64,000 nucleotides of DNA from the human T2T-CHM13v2.0 reference genome, Homo sapiens: assembly GCF_009914755.1 (NCBI RefSeq), contig NC_060931.1; one strand, 5' to 3'. The first letter of the stretch is position 1; each line of letters opens with the position of its first letter. The notes under the pieces are model-generated. The model was not told the DNA's origin, searched no databases, and saw only the letters and a list, made by a program, of their open reading frames with translations. The position numbers were made by a program, and so were the translations under genes. This document shows, one piece after another, positions 41,072-56,909 of this stretch.

Positions 41072-42749
41072 CACAGAAAAGAAAAAGGTACTTTTGTTAA
41101 ATCTCTGCAAAAAGAACAATATCTGTGCACACTTCCTCTAGGACAGTGGGCCCTGATCTCCCTATGTTTGTAATGTATCTATAAAAGTGATTCTTTGTGA
41201 CACATCTACTTATGCAAATTTTCCATCCATTGCCTATGGTGAAATTATTGGTTGTTGGCATCCTGTATTGCTAGATGGCTTAAACACGAATTTAATGTGT
41301 GAAAAATGTGTATATCCACAACAAAGGGTCAATGCACAGGGAGTATTGAGAAAGTGTGATGAAAATTTTTTTTCTATCAAATTTTGTTTAATGGCCCAGA
41401 ACTTACATTTAACTTACATTTTTGGTGTTAGATTGATATGTTCTTATTATTTTCTTTGAATATTCTCTAATTAAACACATTTCAAGATTTTTCCCATGTC
41501 AGGTAGGTCATAAAATGTACTTTCAAAAAATGGTACTAATGGAACATGCTAATATGGTCAAATATTTGTAGCTACTGGAAATCTGCAAGCCAGTTATCGA
41601 GTAATCAGTCATTACAAAATTGTGTTCATGGTATATGGTGACTAATGCATTTTAACATTACTTCTTGTTTGCATCTGGTTAATGTGTGAGTATAATTGGT
41701 GTCTTTCCTATTTATCATTTTGGTATGTGGTTTTTAAAATGAGAATCTAAGAATCTTTCTTCAGAAAAGATTCAGGCAGGACTATTAATTAGAAAATTGT
41801 ATGGTTGTCATCAGAATTTATATCTTTTACAATATTATTTCTCTCCAAATTATTCCTGTTTGCTAAATGCAGTGTTTCAGGAAAAAATCAACTATATAAG
41901 AGAAGGGAATAATGTTTTCTTTGCTTGATAAAATTACCATTGACCTTTTGCTAGTAATGACATTGTTATTAATCTAAATTTTATTTCTTTTCCTTCAAAG
42001 TAGTATGATATTGTTTTTTTAAGACTGATACTTCATAGTAATACCTTAATTTATAACTGTATTCTTATTTAATGATCACATTTTATTTAGAACCATATTT
42101 TATATACACATATATTAGGTCTTGGCACTTTTTCCCCAAAATCATTTATAATAGGAAAACCCACTGTAAAACCCAGTGTCTTTCACTAAATACTTCTTGG
42201 GATTTATGCCGATAATGACTTCTCATGGTGTATTTTTAGGTCAACTTCTTTTCCCTGCTGCATATTATTTGTCCGCAGCAGAAGAGCAGGTGCACAGAAC
42301 TCTCTATGCAGTCTTGTCAGCCCACTCACTAGAATGCATGTGGTCAGATTATTGACTTAGCCCAGCATATTTTAACATTGCCACCTAGTGTAAGATCTAG
42401 GTCGCTTTGAATATCCGCCTTTCAGTAAGATTGAGATAGGAGAGATATTAAGTCCCAGCAATCATTCCACCTGTTAAAGGGCTTTAGACCATGCTTGTGA
42501 GCATGGATTTATTCTTCGTCACATTATTAGTCATTCCACATAGCCTGTTTACAGTTTCACCATCAGCTGCAATGATAACAGTTGACAGTTGCAATGTCAG
42601 ATGACACTTGCTTGAGACACTCATCAACTGTGTTAAGGTGAGATGCTCTGAAGGTCTGGGCCAATAAACAGATTTAACTGTCTTGTCTAATTAACATTTA
42701 GAGATATATTGTTCTCTAGAGACTGACTGTAAGAAAGGTAAGCGTTTGA

Positions 42750-43110
42750 TAAAGCTAATTTACTGTTTGCTGAGTGTCCAGCATTGTGCTCAATTTATTA
42801 CATTCATGATCTTGTTTAATTCCATGAGGCAGGTCATATACTTATTTCCGTTTTACAGATGAGGAAACAGAAAAGAGAGGTTAAATAACTAAAAAATGAG
42901 TAAGAAGTCTGTTGCTTGAGCCGCATTTTTGCTAAGAGCCCATGTTCTGCAGTAACCAGCTCCCATTTAAACCAGGCTTCACCATTTCCCAGACGTGGGA
43001 CAGTTACATTCCCTATGCCTCAGTTTCTGCATTGAAATGAAGAATAATAATAGTTTTAAGGGTTACTGTGGCAATCACATACACTGATACACAAAACAGC
43101 CTGAGAATAA
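42750..43110. mobile_element. Two adjacent MIR fragments in opposite orientations
   Basis: ttttacagatgaggaaacaga (minus-strand core), then tgcctcagtttctgca...aataataatag (plus-strand core). Confidence 0.6.
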
Positions 43111-45140
43111 TGATGGTTGCTCTCATCCAGCTAGCAAGTGGCCAAGTTAGAATTTGCACCTATCAGATTTCATAGCACAGGTTTAACTACTGTGTCATCT
43201 TACTTTGTGTAGATTTTACCTTCTGTTGTACAACCACCTCCATATGTATAATAACTCCCTTACAGAAGCAAAATAAATCATCACTATGCTCTTACCCCAT
43301 AAATTATGCTCTCTTTTGAGCAGCGTGTTCAAATTCATGGACATACCTCTAGAGCCCACATATCATCACTCGTGGACAGTGCCTCTTGTGTAAGCGAAAA
43401 AGAAAGGAATCCAAAGCAGCCTGGGTTGCAGTTCAACACTTTCCTAGAAAACCTCATTGCAAAATTAATTTGTGTGAGCAGCTGTGGAGTTTCTGAAGAG
43501 GAGAGTTCACTGGAAAGGCACACTGTGAAAAGGAATTTGGGTAACTAATTCTGCTGTGGATTCCATTTTCCGAGTGTAGGCATGAGAGAGGAAGTTCAAC
43601 TCATTCAGTTTTTTTTTAATCTGTACTCATAAATAACAGCTCTGTTCTCTTCTTTACCCTAGAAGCTCTTTCTTGTTCTCTGAGGAGATGGAGTTGTACG
43701 TTTCCTTTTGTGAGTAATGGCTCTATTAGATTAAATAAATAACATTTCACACTAATGTAGTTCACAAGAGGATTTAGAAACCATTAAGAATATATTTAAA
43801 ATCTCACAATAGACCCTCTCGCTTAGTTCTCTGGAACAAATTATAGTTTCTGACACATTCAAATTATACCTTAAGAGAGGACTCTGAACATTTTTCAGAA
43901 GCGGGGCATTCAGTATCTCCTTGAAGAAAAATAGATTTTTTTCTATGAAAGTTGCAGAGGAAAGAAATATCTAATTTTTTAGATAGCAAAGTATTTGGCT
44001 ACTTCACTAGCAAAGTAACACAAGGTTAAAGTAAATTTAGTTATTTCACTTTTTGAATGTGTAATAAAAATTACCTTATTTATTTCTTTGATAAGTTCTC
44101 TTTTAGGAATATCAGAATCTAGCTTACTAGTTTATAAAGTAGAAAGATCAATAAAGCAAATAAATGTATTCAAAACATCTCCAACTTCAGATCTATTAGA
44201 AAATTATGAAATAATGCTATTCCTTCATGTATTTCTTTCAAATTTTTTTTCTTCTTGGTGACTCCCTTTTGTGTCCCCATACCTATCCCAGGTCACCAGT
44301 GTGCTCCCAAGTCTCCTTGTCTATCACTGTCCTTAATTGCAACATCATCACAAGAAGGCATGAATTCTCTTTAATTTCTTCCCTAATCAAAAATTAATTT
44401 TTTTATCATTCAGGATGTGGACTATGCTGAATACTAGTCAGGTGAATATGTTTTCCCATGTTTGCCTTTTCAGTAAAATCTGGATCTAGTAGAGAATGCC
44501 AATGTGGTGAATAACAGGGATTTTGTTTGTTTGTTTTTTAAAACGAGAGAACCAGGAGCCAGAGAGGGCTTCTTGGATCCTTCAAATCTCAGTTGAGCAG
44601 CTGCCAGCTTAGCCTGTGCATTGGATCAGCCTGAATCTGCTGCTGAGTAGAAATGACTTTGCTCAGGCTGCTTTGATGGGGATTAATGAGCCATGGCTTT
44701 TGAAGGAGAAACGCAACCAATTATCACTACTAAGAATTTCCTCTCAAGAATGGCAGGCCAGTTATACTCCAGGATCGCAGAGAAGGAAAAATTTTGGCTT
44801 ACTGAGAACAAATCTCGAGTTTGGGTTAACTGTGGGTGGAAAGATCAGGAATGGAATATTTAATTTATGAAACTGATCCAATTAGCACCTTATTGCAAAA
44901 TTGTAGAGACTGGTGTTCAAGGTACCAAGATTCAGGCTGGCAATGGAAAGCACCTAGTAGATGGCAACTTATCTATACTGATTATTACACATAATTGAAT
45001 TCCTCCTAGATTTAACTAAGAGGTATTAAGTACTCTAAAAGATGAATGTGGGAAAATTTTTAAAAGCTCCCAATATTATAATATAATGTAAATGATAAAC
45101 TTACCTTCATAAGCAAAATCTACAAGAAATGTACTTAATT

Positions 45141-45298
45141 CTTCTTTTTATTATATTTTAATTTCTGGGGTACATGGGCACAACGTGCAGGTTTGATACA
45201 TAACTATGCATGTGCCATGTTGCTTTGCTGCACCCATCAGCTCATCATTTACATTAGGTATTTCTCCTAATGCTATCCCTGCCCCAGCCCCCCACCCC
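45141..45298 (-). mobile_element. L1PA7/8-like short 3' fragment
   Basis: ggtacatgggcacaacgtgcaggtttg...tttgctgcacccatc...taggtatttctcctaatgctatccct. Confidence 0.85.
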
Positions 45299-45377
45299 TT
45301 TTTTTCATTTTTGCTGTCATCTTATCCATATATAATTCTAAATGAATTCTTCCAATAGAATTTTGTAACTCTACAGA

Positions 45378-45880
<503 letters not shown>

Positions 45881-46229
45881 TGTAGGAATAAAACTTCGTT
45901 TCTTTAAAAAAATGAGAAAAATATACTATCCACCTATAACAAGAAAATTTTTAGATTTTTATGCTAGTATCATTCCACTAATAAAGCAAGATAGATATTA
46001 ATAAATTTTATCAGTAGACAGTTTATCATTGTTATCAAAGTCAAGTCATATTAAAATCTTTTTCGACTAAGCTTAGAAATAGCATGAGGAAAGACACTTC
46101 ATAATTACAGCAGGGGATAAAAATCTATTATCTTACCCTCTAAAAGAAAAAAAAAACTGCGCCATTCCTTGGATAATTATTTGTGGGCATATTCTCTGAA
46201 TGCCAACAACATAACCTTGCTCCAAGAGC

Positions 46230-46384
46230 GAGCAATGTGTGCAGCCCTATAGGAAAACATAGGGATGGAGCAATGTGTGCAGCCCTATAGGAAAACATAG
46301 GGATGGAGCAATGTGTGCAGCCCTATAGGAAAACATAGGGATGGAGCAATGTGTGCAGCCCTATAGGAAAACATAGGGATGGAG
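46230..46384 (+). repeat. Minisatellite of four identical 38-bp units
   Basis: gagcaatgtgtgcagccctataggaaaacatagggatg at 46230, 46268, 46306 and 46344. Confidence 0.98.
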
Positions 46385-47744
46385 GTTGCCTGTCTTTGAG
46401 TCGGGTTGCCATTCTTTTTGCCCTCTTCATAGTCTCTGGGACAACATTTATACCCATGGGAAAACACTTATTATAGATACTTATACATCTTAATTTCTAG
46501 GTCTAAATTGGGAAGATGTGTGAGGAAAGGTGGGTCACATTCATCCCACCCTCCCTTCTTTAGAAAGCAGAAATGCATTCCTTGGACGATTTGTAAAAGT
46601 CTAGTCCTTCTATTTTCATTTAAACAGGGAATTGGGTTAAGGATTTTCTCAGAATAATCAGCTTTTAAATAAGTGGCCTCTTTTATTAAGTATAAGCTGT
46701 CATTTGTGTGATAGAATGTGCTAGGGGTGTGTAGGCAATCAAACTTACAATAAACCAGATTCATTTCAAGAATCTCTCTAGTTAACATCTATATGAACCA
46801 AGAAAAGACACTCTACTAATACATACCTATATCTTCCCAGTGTGTTATTCTGACATTTTCTTCAAAATTACTCTTGTTTCTATCAATCTGCCTGATTCTG
46901 AGAAATGAAAATGGAAAGTAGCTATAAAGAAGACATTAAAATATTTAGGTCTTCACAAAGGGCATTTTCTCATCTCCGATAAACGTGCCCCAAGTAAACC
47001 CCTGACTTTGAATTTGTTCAGTATCTGAGTACATAGTCAGGACAAGATGATGGCAGATTATAAGCCCCAGCTAGGCTTTACCAGAAGTCTCTCCATTCTA
47101 GGGCTTTCAAACTAGTGGAAAAGGGAGATTCAAGTGCGCTAATAAACATGATGGACAAATAGAGTGATACACAGTACAGCAAGTAAGAAAATATTTGGTT
47201 TATAATATCTACAGGTTTAAATATTTGATTCACACAATGATGTCCTGAATATGAGAATTCTGATTCTTATAAGACTGCCTTAGAGACTAATTCACAGAAG
47301 CATAGACAGTTGTCCAATGGAATAAAATTGCTTTGAACTAACATACCATTTAGACTTTGACTTTTCACAGGGTATAAGATAAGCTTGATAAAATTTTAAT
47401 TTAGTTTTATTCTCATGAAGTCACAGACTAGGTAAATATATGAATTTGAGTAAATTAGCATAAATGAGAAAAAAGGCACACAGAATGGCAAGCATATGGA
47501 ATAAGTATAGATGAATAGGTAGCAGGAAAGAAACAGGAACAACAAACAACTTGGTGAGAAGAAAAAGAACAGTTCAGAGACTAATCAGGAGAGGTACACT
47601 AACAAGTTAGTTTGCACAAAAACTGTATTAACAGAATCATTACTAGAAGTGAAGCAAATGCAGAAATAAGTTGTATTTCTTTTATAATTTATAATTGGTA
47701 TTACTACCTGTTTTGACTGTAAGTAGGATTTAATTTATAGAGGT

Positions 47745-48700
47745 GACTGATTGAAACCCAGTGAGATTAATGCCACTCAAGGGAATTTTCTTACTCATAG
47801 TCTCCAGGAAAAGGGGGCATGCCACACCATACAGGGCCACATGGGGAAGCCCCAGGGTCATTCAGGAGGCAGAGGAGTGAGGGAAATTATGGCCCAGAGC
47901 CTTTATTGTGGTTTCCATGAGAAGACATGAATGAGGCAGTGATATGGTTTGCCTCTGTGTCCCCACCCAAAAGGGATCCGATCTCAAATCCTAATCCCCA
48001 CCTGTTAAGGGAGGGACGTGGTGGGACATGATGAGATCATGGGGGCATTTTCCCTCATGCTGTTCTTGTGATAGTGAGTTCTCAAGAGATCTGATGGTTT
48101 AAAAGTGTGTGGTGGGTCCCCCAATCCCCCTCTCTCTCTCCTGCTGCCATATAAGACATGCCTTGCTTCCCCTTCACCTTCTACCATGATTGTAGGTTTC
48201 TTGAGACCTCCCCAGCCATGTGGAACTGTGAGTCAATTAAACCTCTTTCTTTATAAATTACCCAGTCTCAGGTAGTTCTGGATAGCAGTGTAAAAACGAA
48301 CTAATGCAGGGAAGGTAAATTTGAGTAAACATAGGATAGGATAGTTGGAATAACTTCAGTGGACTCTCCCCAACTATCCTATCCTATGTTTACCCAACTT
48401 ACTATTGAGTACAATTTACAGTTTACTACAGGGAGAGCTCCAGTTGTCCAGCACCTGGCCCTGGGGTGACTTAGGGCAGAGGAAATATTGGCTTGGTGTA
48501 AGAGAGTTAGATGAAGGAGGTGGTTAGAATATGGACTTTGAATTTGTTGGTTTGTATATGAAAGGCATGCTCACAGGGGAGTTGTTTGCTAACTCTGGGA
48601 ATTAAGTAGCCCTGGGAGGGGCAGGTTCTCATTGACCAACAAGGCCCCCAAGAGGTCAAAGGATCATAAAATACAGAAAACAAAGAACATGATTATTACC
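47745..48700 (-). mobile_element. ERVL LTR (MER74/MER73/LTR53-like) split by an MSTA LTR
   Basis: gggggcatgccacaccatacagggccacatggggaagc...agagcctttattgtggtttcca, and after the insert cctggccctggggtgacttagggcag. Confidence 0.55.
47940..48308 (+). mobile_element. MSTA-like MaLR solo LTR
   Basis: tgatatggtttgcctctgtgtccccacccaaa...tgtgagtcaattaaacctctttctttataaattacccagtctcagg. Confidence 0.9.
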
Positions 48701-48984
48701 CTACCCTAGTTTACATAGTTTTATAAGGCCCTCTTCTTAAGTACTTCTTAAGTTACTTAATATATCATTAATGTTAAATATTATCAAAGACATTTTAAAA
48801 CATACGTTATCATTTTCATGTAATTTTTAAATTTACAATTGGGGCTAATATGTTCATCTAAGTTTACAAAATTTTAAAATGTTTTCTGTTAGCTTTCAGA
48901 TGCTTCCATCTCATTCTTCATTACTACAACCCTTTGCACAACTCAGACCATCATTAGAGCTCCATTTTATTTTAAAATACATAA

Positions 48985-50048
<1,064 letters not shown>

Positions 50049-50738
50049 CATACAGGGTTTGACAATAATGACAAGTATTATGAAGGGGAGACAGTAATTT
50101 AGGTAGAATGTTAAATATTAAGCTGTATTTGTGGGAATATCAGTCTTGTTAATTGACTATACACTGATTTATTTTTAAAATGTATAAATCAAATCAGTAT
50201 AAGAGAATTAATACCATAGGCAGTTTTGGTTCCATTTTTTGTCTTAACCCTAGAGAATATTAGATAAAGACAAATATAAGTCACTTTCACAAACCAACCT
50301 GCATAAGCACACATACACACAAACAACATGAACATACATGTCACATGATGTCAGCTATATCTATTTTGAATTCAATGTTCTTAAGTAGAAATTCTGCAGA
50401 ATGTCTTCCAAGATTAGGGTTACTATTGAATAGGATCAAGTAAAAACATTTTTGAAAATTGTCATGGGTTTGAATTTTAGAGAAAATATCACCTAAGACA
50501 TTTATTTCATTTTCATAATACATTAATATGTACTAATTATATTTTAATATACATTTTTATATTTAGTTATAATTTTATAATATAGCCTACCATAGAATTG
50601 ATAATGCTTTGCTGAAAAAAATTAATATATTTATGATAAATACAAAATTTCATTTGGAGGCATAATATGCTGGGATGCAATTAACAAGACTGATATTCCC
50701 ACAAATACAGCTTAATATTTAACATTCTAAATTGTCAG

Positions 50739-50837
50739 TGAACCCAGGAGGTGGAGGGTGCAGTGAGCTGAGATCGTGCCACTCTAGCCTGGGTGACAGA
50801 GTGAGGCTCCATCTCACCAAAAAAATAAAAATAAAAA
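50739..50837 (+). mobile_element. 5'-truncated Alu, right-arm end only
   Basis: tgaacccaggaggtggagggtgcagtgagctgagatcgtgccact...A-rich tail. Confidence 0.9.
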
Positions 50838-53800
50838 GTTTTATATCAGAAGATTTATTAGAAATCTCGATTCGATGAACTACCTCAAGAAATATGTATC
50901 CATTACCATAAGTCATAAATCCTTTTACATGTTACTAAAAACATATATGTTCAATGGTTTAATTTGAAGCACTACTTTAGTGCTATAGTACATTAGGGTG
51001 GCTGGTTTGTCACATCCAATGCATGAAAAAAATGTGAGAACTCATTCAAACCTATTAGGAAAATGTATCATTTCTAGTGCTTTCTAAAAGCGGAATAACT
51101 TAAGTCTAGTGTTAACTGTGCTTACATGCAAGGGTATAAATCAAACTTTTTTGGGGAGGTGGAAAAGGGTGGTAGTTGTTCCTATTAGCAGATCTTAGTA
51201 TTAATAATGATTTTGTCTCAAAATTTTCTGCAGAGTAACTGTGGAGTTTAACCACCATGCTTTCAAATTTGAGAATTATGTCTACAAATAACTGAGCTAA
51301 ATTAAATTACTGCCATCTGTTATTTTGCTTAAACTACTTCATGACTGTCTCAGATATCAAATGTGGGAATTTAAATCACAGTTGGAAAAATGAATTTTTT
51401 AATGTTTTTGCTATCTTATTTGGGAAAAATGTGAAGGAAATGGTAAAGAATAAAATAAGTCATGGACACCCTAACAAATAAATCATCAGTTGTCTGTTAA
51501 TATTAAAAATATTTGGAGACTATTGTTAACCATAACCTGGCCCAAACCGGTTCACCAGGAATGTTTCTTATGGGGGTTGTTGACCAGGTACCAACTATAG
51601 TGAAGAAGTATTTGTTTATTCTGTGTTTATAACTTCCTGTGGCGGCCACAAAGGGGATAGATGTAATGGGACAGGCTTTAGCTATTGTGCCAATTATTAT
51701 CTTCACCCGTTTAGCATCTGGGTGTCACTCAAAATCCTGGGCAATTCTATCTCTCTCCAGCTTGAAGGCAGGGCTGGTGTCTGCCACTGATTGGCACGTC
51801 GAATGTGAATGCAGATGGGTATGTTTCGGGAGTGAAATCTTGTGTGAAAAAAAATGCCTGCTTTATTTTAAGAGTTCCTTTGCCAATTAAAGGTTTGTTG
51901 GCTAATATTCCATGAGGAATGAACAGAAGGGACTCTCAAAAGTTAGGGGCAGCCACAATTTAGTGATCAAAATCTCACAGGAAATTACTTTGCCTTCACA
52001 ACTTTCTCTGGCTGGTGCGGATCTAGTTCTGAAAATTGTTTAGCGGAAAGCATGACAAACTCCAGTGTGAAGGTTACTGGGTTTTCATTTGTTTATTTGT
52101 TGATGGTAAGATACTTTTAGATGTTATGGAACTGGCTACAAAAGATTACATGACTGTGGTGGTCTTTATCTTTATCTGACTACTTTTTGCAATTTCATTC
52201 AGCATTGAGAGAAATGGTTGGTAGGACACACAAATTCCTAAATTTGGCTCTACAATTTCGCTAAGATCTTCAACCACATGCTTGTCTGATACTGATGTAG
52301 GTTTGTTCTTTATATAAGCAGTGATATCTGAACTCTTATGCAAGAGCACATGTGTGTGTTTCCATGTGTATATTGCTCATTTTGCATATGTGTATAAAGT
52401 CAGAGTATAGCAAAATGACTAAGGTATTTCAGTGATGCTCTATAAGAAAGAATGTTTAATAGTAATGCCTTATTTTTATCTCCCCAGTTATGAAAATCCT
52501 AGGACCACAGATATAATATCTGTCCCTGTGAACAAGGATGAACTTTGGATAAGTGGCCTAATTTAACTGTCACATGGCAAGGCTGAATTCAGGAGGATTT
52601 TTCCTTTACCTTATTTTTTTCTCTTCATTTCTAAGAAAAGAAAAAAAAGCACTGTCTCTGTTATAATCAGTAACAGAACTATGTGTTGCTGTAGACTAGA
52701 ATCTAAACTGTGTATAGAATTATGAGACTGATAAAATATTAGTGCACAGTGTATTTATAGTTTCTCTCATTTCATAACATTTTAAGAAAAAAGATGCCAA
52801 AATGGTGTTATTCTTTAAGAAAATGCTATCTTAAGATAGACCTAGAGGCAGCCCAGATTTATGCTAACTACAAGTAGTTTGGGGACACACTATTTTAGCT
52901 TGGAATTTTCTGTAATGGTTGAATTGGACTGTAGAGAGTCATGCTGCAGTCATCACAGTTGATTCTGGGATGCGCTTGTGTTTTCTATAATTCATGGTGT
53001 TGGACTGTGATTTTCTTGTGTTTCCTTTTGTCTGTATGGAACTTTGGAAAATTGAAACACATTAGGCTTGCAGTTTGCGTAATGTAACTTTGGATATGCT
53101 TAAAAGGTTAGATCAGTTCCAGATGAGCAAAGCCCTGGTTTCAAATAGTAATGAAGAAACTCATACTCCAACTGGGCATCTTAATAAGATCCCTCTGGTT
53201 TTATTTGAATAGAATAAAAAGTTCTTCAAGGTTTGTTTCCCTATATTTTGCAAAAATTTAATTTCTCTCTAGGATCAAGGGATTTATTGAGAGGGGTTAA
53301 CGTGGTTCAATTTTATGTGGGGTGAAAAAATGCAGAACATGTTAGCCTGTGGTAATTGGACTTTACTTTTTTTGTATTCTTTGTTTCTCTCTGTATATCA
53401 GTCACAATAGGCTAGGTTATGCAGAGTAACAATTCTAAAATCCCAGTAGGTTTAAACAGTACATGTTTATTTATTGATATTCATCAATGTGGAAGCCAGG
53501 GAATTCTGCTCATTGTGGTCTCCATTATACATGAACATACTCTAACATGCAACATAGATGAAAGAAGATTTCTCAGCTGAGTGGAGAGTCCATATAAAGA
53601 ACTGAGAAAAATGTAAGAAAAATATTTTCCTGAGTTATTTCTTGATGTCTTAGAGGAAACATCAAAACACATTAATTGAAACCTCTAAGGAAGAAACATT
53701 CTCATGTCATTTATTTCCACACAATTCATAGAAACATTTGCAAATTTTATGAGCAGAAATTTTATATTCTTCCCTTGGTTGATGATTTAGACCTAGTTGT

Positions 53801-55656
53801 TATTCTGAACTACTTAGCAAAATAATTACTGTCAAAGCAGACTTTTTTCACTATGAAATGCTCAAATGTCTTTTCTCTACTCTCAAGTAAGAGATGCGTT
53901 ACTAGAGATGGGTTCAATCCAGATCCAACATGTTTGACAATGAGATTGTTAGTGTAACAAACAGAAAACTTAAAATCAGCGTTCTTTGGCAGTGGGCTGT
54001 TGGATTTTTTTTTTTTTTAAACTCTTTTTGAACTTCACTGTTTCTTTCAAATACTGTAATTCTCTCTTGGAATTCTGTGCAACTAGCTTAGCAAGTTGAA
54101 CTGGGACCACCTTCTTTTTAAATATGAGATTCCACTGATTTTCATTTCAGTCTAGTTGTATTTGCTTGGAAATTATATTGATTCTCAGGACCAACATCTC
54201 AGTTGATGATAAAAATATTTGTACATTTGTCTCAACTTGTTCCTTGCACATATATCTTTTTGGAAGACTTCATGAATGTGAGAAAGTGGGACAGAGGACC
54301 TCTAATTACAACAAAAAACTCAGCAAAGCCTCAGGATACTTAGATTCAACATCCTGACAGTCACTTTCTTCGCGTCTTTCTCTTGTTCTCCACTATGGAG
54401 ACAAAACTTTATGTTTAAAGGTGAAAAGACATTTTTAAATTCCCAATATTTAATAGAGATCGTGTTTTGTTTTAGTCTACTCTTACATTGGTAGAATTAA
54501 CTTACTGAATTTATGACTGATTTCAAGAAAGGATTTACTCATGGAAAGTAGTAATTGCTAGCTAATATGCTTCTTAGAGCAAAGAAAAAATAGATTCAGA
54601 ATGTCTATCTTACTATTTCAGAAATATTTTACGATGTCATCAGTGACATATTTGCAAACTTGGAAGTGGACTCATTTTGATATGATAAAGTTAGAATGTG
54701 GAAAAATCAGTGTCTTTATATTTAGTTGTTTCCAAGGAAATTCAATAAGGGTATTATATTTAGATTTAATTTTCTGTTGAAGAAACAGTTTGTTGCATTT
54801 TCAAAATTTTACAAGGCTCACGTAGTAAAAAATAACATGCTTTCACTGCTGCTGTTGGAGAAGTATTGGTTACATTTAGAGCCATGTGGGAGGTAAAATC
54901 CTGACCACCTGTTATAAGCACTGTTGGAGTAAAAACTTTTTGGGTTAGTTTGTATTGGCTAGATAATAGAAAGAGAAAAATATTAAAGTGTAATTCAGAC
55001 AGAAAGGTATTATTTAAAATGTAAATTGATTTTCAAATAGTAATTGGGTTTTTAAAAGTTCTGTTAGTTCTTCATGTTTCAAAATGCCTTGTATCTTGGC
55101 TTCATGAATCCACCTGTGCAGCCTAAGCTATGTGAATTGAGGAGAATCAGTCATACTTCTATGTACTAACTTATAATCACGCTTCATCCTCAGGGTAACA
55201 TATATGGTTCTATTATTATTCCTGCCACATAGAAGGACAAAACAATGTTCACAAAGTTAGATTTATGCCTAAAGTCAAACAACAAGTAAATAAAACACCA
55301 GTATTTGAATAAATACGTTTCAAGTATTAATACACATGATCCATATAACCTCAGGGATACCCCAACTTAACCAAATGAGATAAATTTGTCAATTAGGTGA
55401 ACCATTTTGTCCTAATAATTAACCAGCCTGCTAGAAAAGGCCAGCAGGAGAATTCTTTTGACAACTTACTAGTAATGTCTTGTTTTTGTTAAATAGTTAA
55501 TATTTGTTGAATTTATTACAAGTTTTTCAAATAACGATAAATTTCTAAATATCAACAGATTCTCTAAGGGTTTTCTAATCATCACCTTCTTACACTGACC
55601 TTGGAATTAATGCATCATTTGGACCAAGTGGTTGAAATTTTTAATTGAATACTTCA

Positions 55657-55944
55657 TTTTTTTTTGGACGGAGTCTCGCTCTGTTGCCCAGGCTGGAGTG
55701 CAGTGGCACAATCTCAGCTCACTGCAACCTCTGCCCCCAGCTTCAAGTGATTCTCCTGCCTCAGCCTCCCGAGTAGCTGGGACTACAGGCGCACGCCACC
55801 ACACCCGGCTAATTATTTGTATTTTTAGTAGAGATGGGGTTTCACTGTGTTGGCCAGGATGGTCTCAATCTCCTGACCTCGTGATCTGCCCACCTCGGCT
55901 TCCCAAAGTGCTGAGATTATAGGCATGAGCCACCTCACCTGGCC
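55657..55944 (-). mobile_element. AluS (Sc/Sg-like), full length
   Basis: Antisense Alu; TSD gaata(c/g)ttcattttt. Confidence 0.95.
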
Positions 55945-56909
55945 GAATAGTTCATTTTTAGTAAGCATAACATGCTCTAAAACTTAGATGCATTTGTCAC
56001 CAGACTTATTAAAGCCTTTTTAATCCCTCCATATGCATGCATTAAAATATAATACTTCTGACTAAAATATCATCCCTAGAATGTTATTAGAATTGAATAT
56101 ATAAGAATATATAAGAAGTAGCAAAATAAATGAAAGTCTAAGTACACTAATTCAATTGAGTGTCAAAGCACATCAAAGTTGTACATTTTTATAGCAGGGT
56201 ACAGTATGCCAATTTGATGCTACCCATCAGGGAGTCTTGGCAAAGTCCCAGGATAACCAGTCTGGTTAATGCTGCTCTCTGAACAAAAGGGTAAATTCCA
56301 TCTTTGCTCTTCACTTTGTCTTTAGGCACTGGCATCACCACCTGCTTTTGTAGGAAACATTCCTTCTTTTTAAGAACACCCTTTTACTTATCTGGGTAAA
56401 TCTGGTGGAGTTGTCAAACAAAAGACCCCCAGTTAATCTAACATTGCCTAGACAATTAGAGGCATCCATCTCCTCTCTGTCCCAGGCACAGCTACTAATC
56501 CAGAGGTGGACAGGTGACACAAGCAGCACCAAGTGAGGGCATATCCCTTTCTTGAATAGAGCTTTAAGTCACTGGAGTAAACCTATAGAAAACCTGTCAA
56601 GGATATAAAGGGAAAACATTGGAAGTAGAGACAAGTGGAAGGAGGGGGAGATTCAGAGAAAGAGAGAAAGATAGAGATTGATGAATGAATTTGTTTTGAT
56701 TCTGGATCTTGTCATCTTTGAACTCAATAACGATCCTTTTGACCATCAAAGTTAGATTTTTGTCATTTTGAACTAAAAAATATTATGGTTTTCTTCTGTC
56801 ATAAGTATCTTATATGGAATTTATCTTTATGGCATACAAAACACTGTTGCTACTTTGGAATGGCAATTAGATTTAATTTTAGATTAATATAATTGTGATT
56901 GTTATTTTC

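Noticed and set aside
46230-46384. CRISPR-like array (38-bp palindromic repeats)
   Set aside because: The units are head-to-tail with no spacers, there are no cas genes, and the DNA is primate nuclear sequence. It is a minisatellite.
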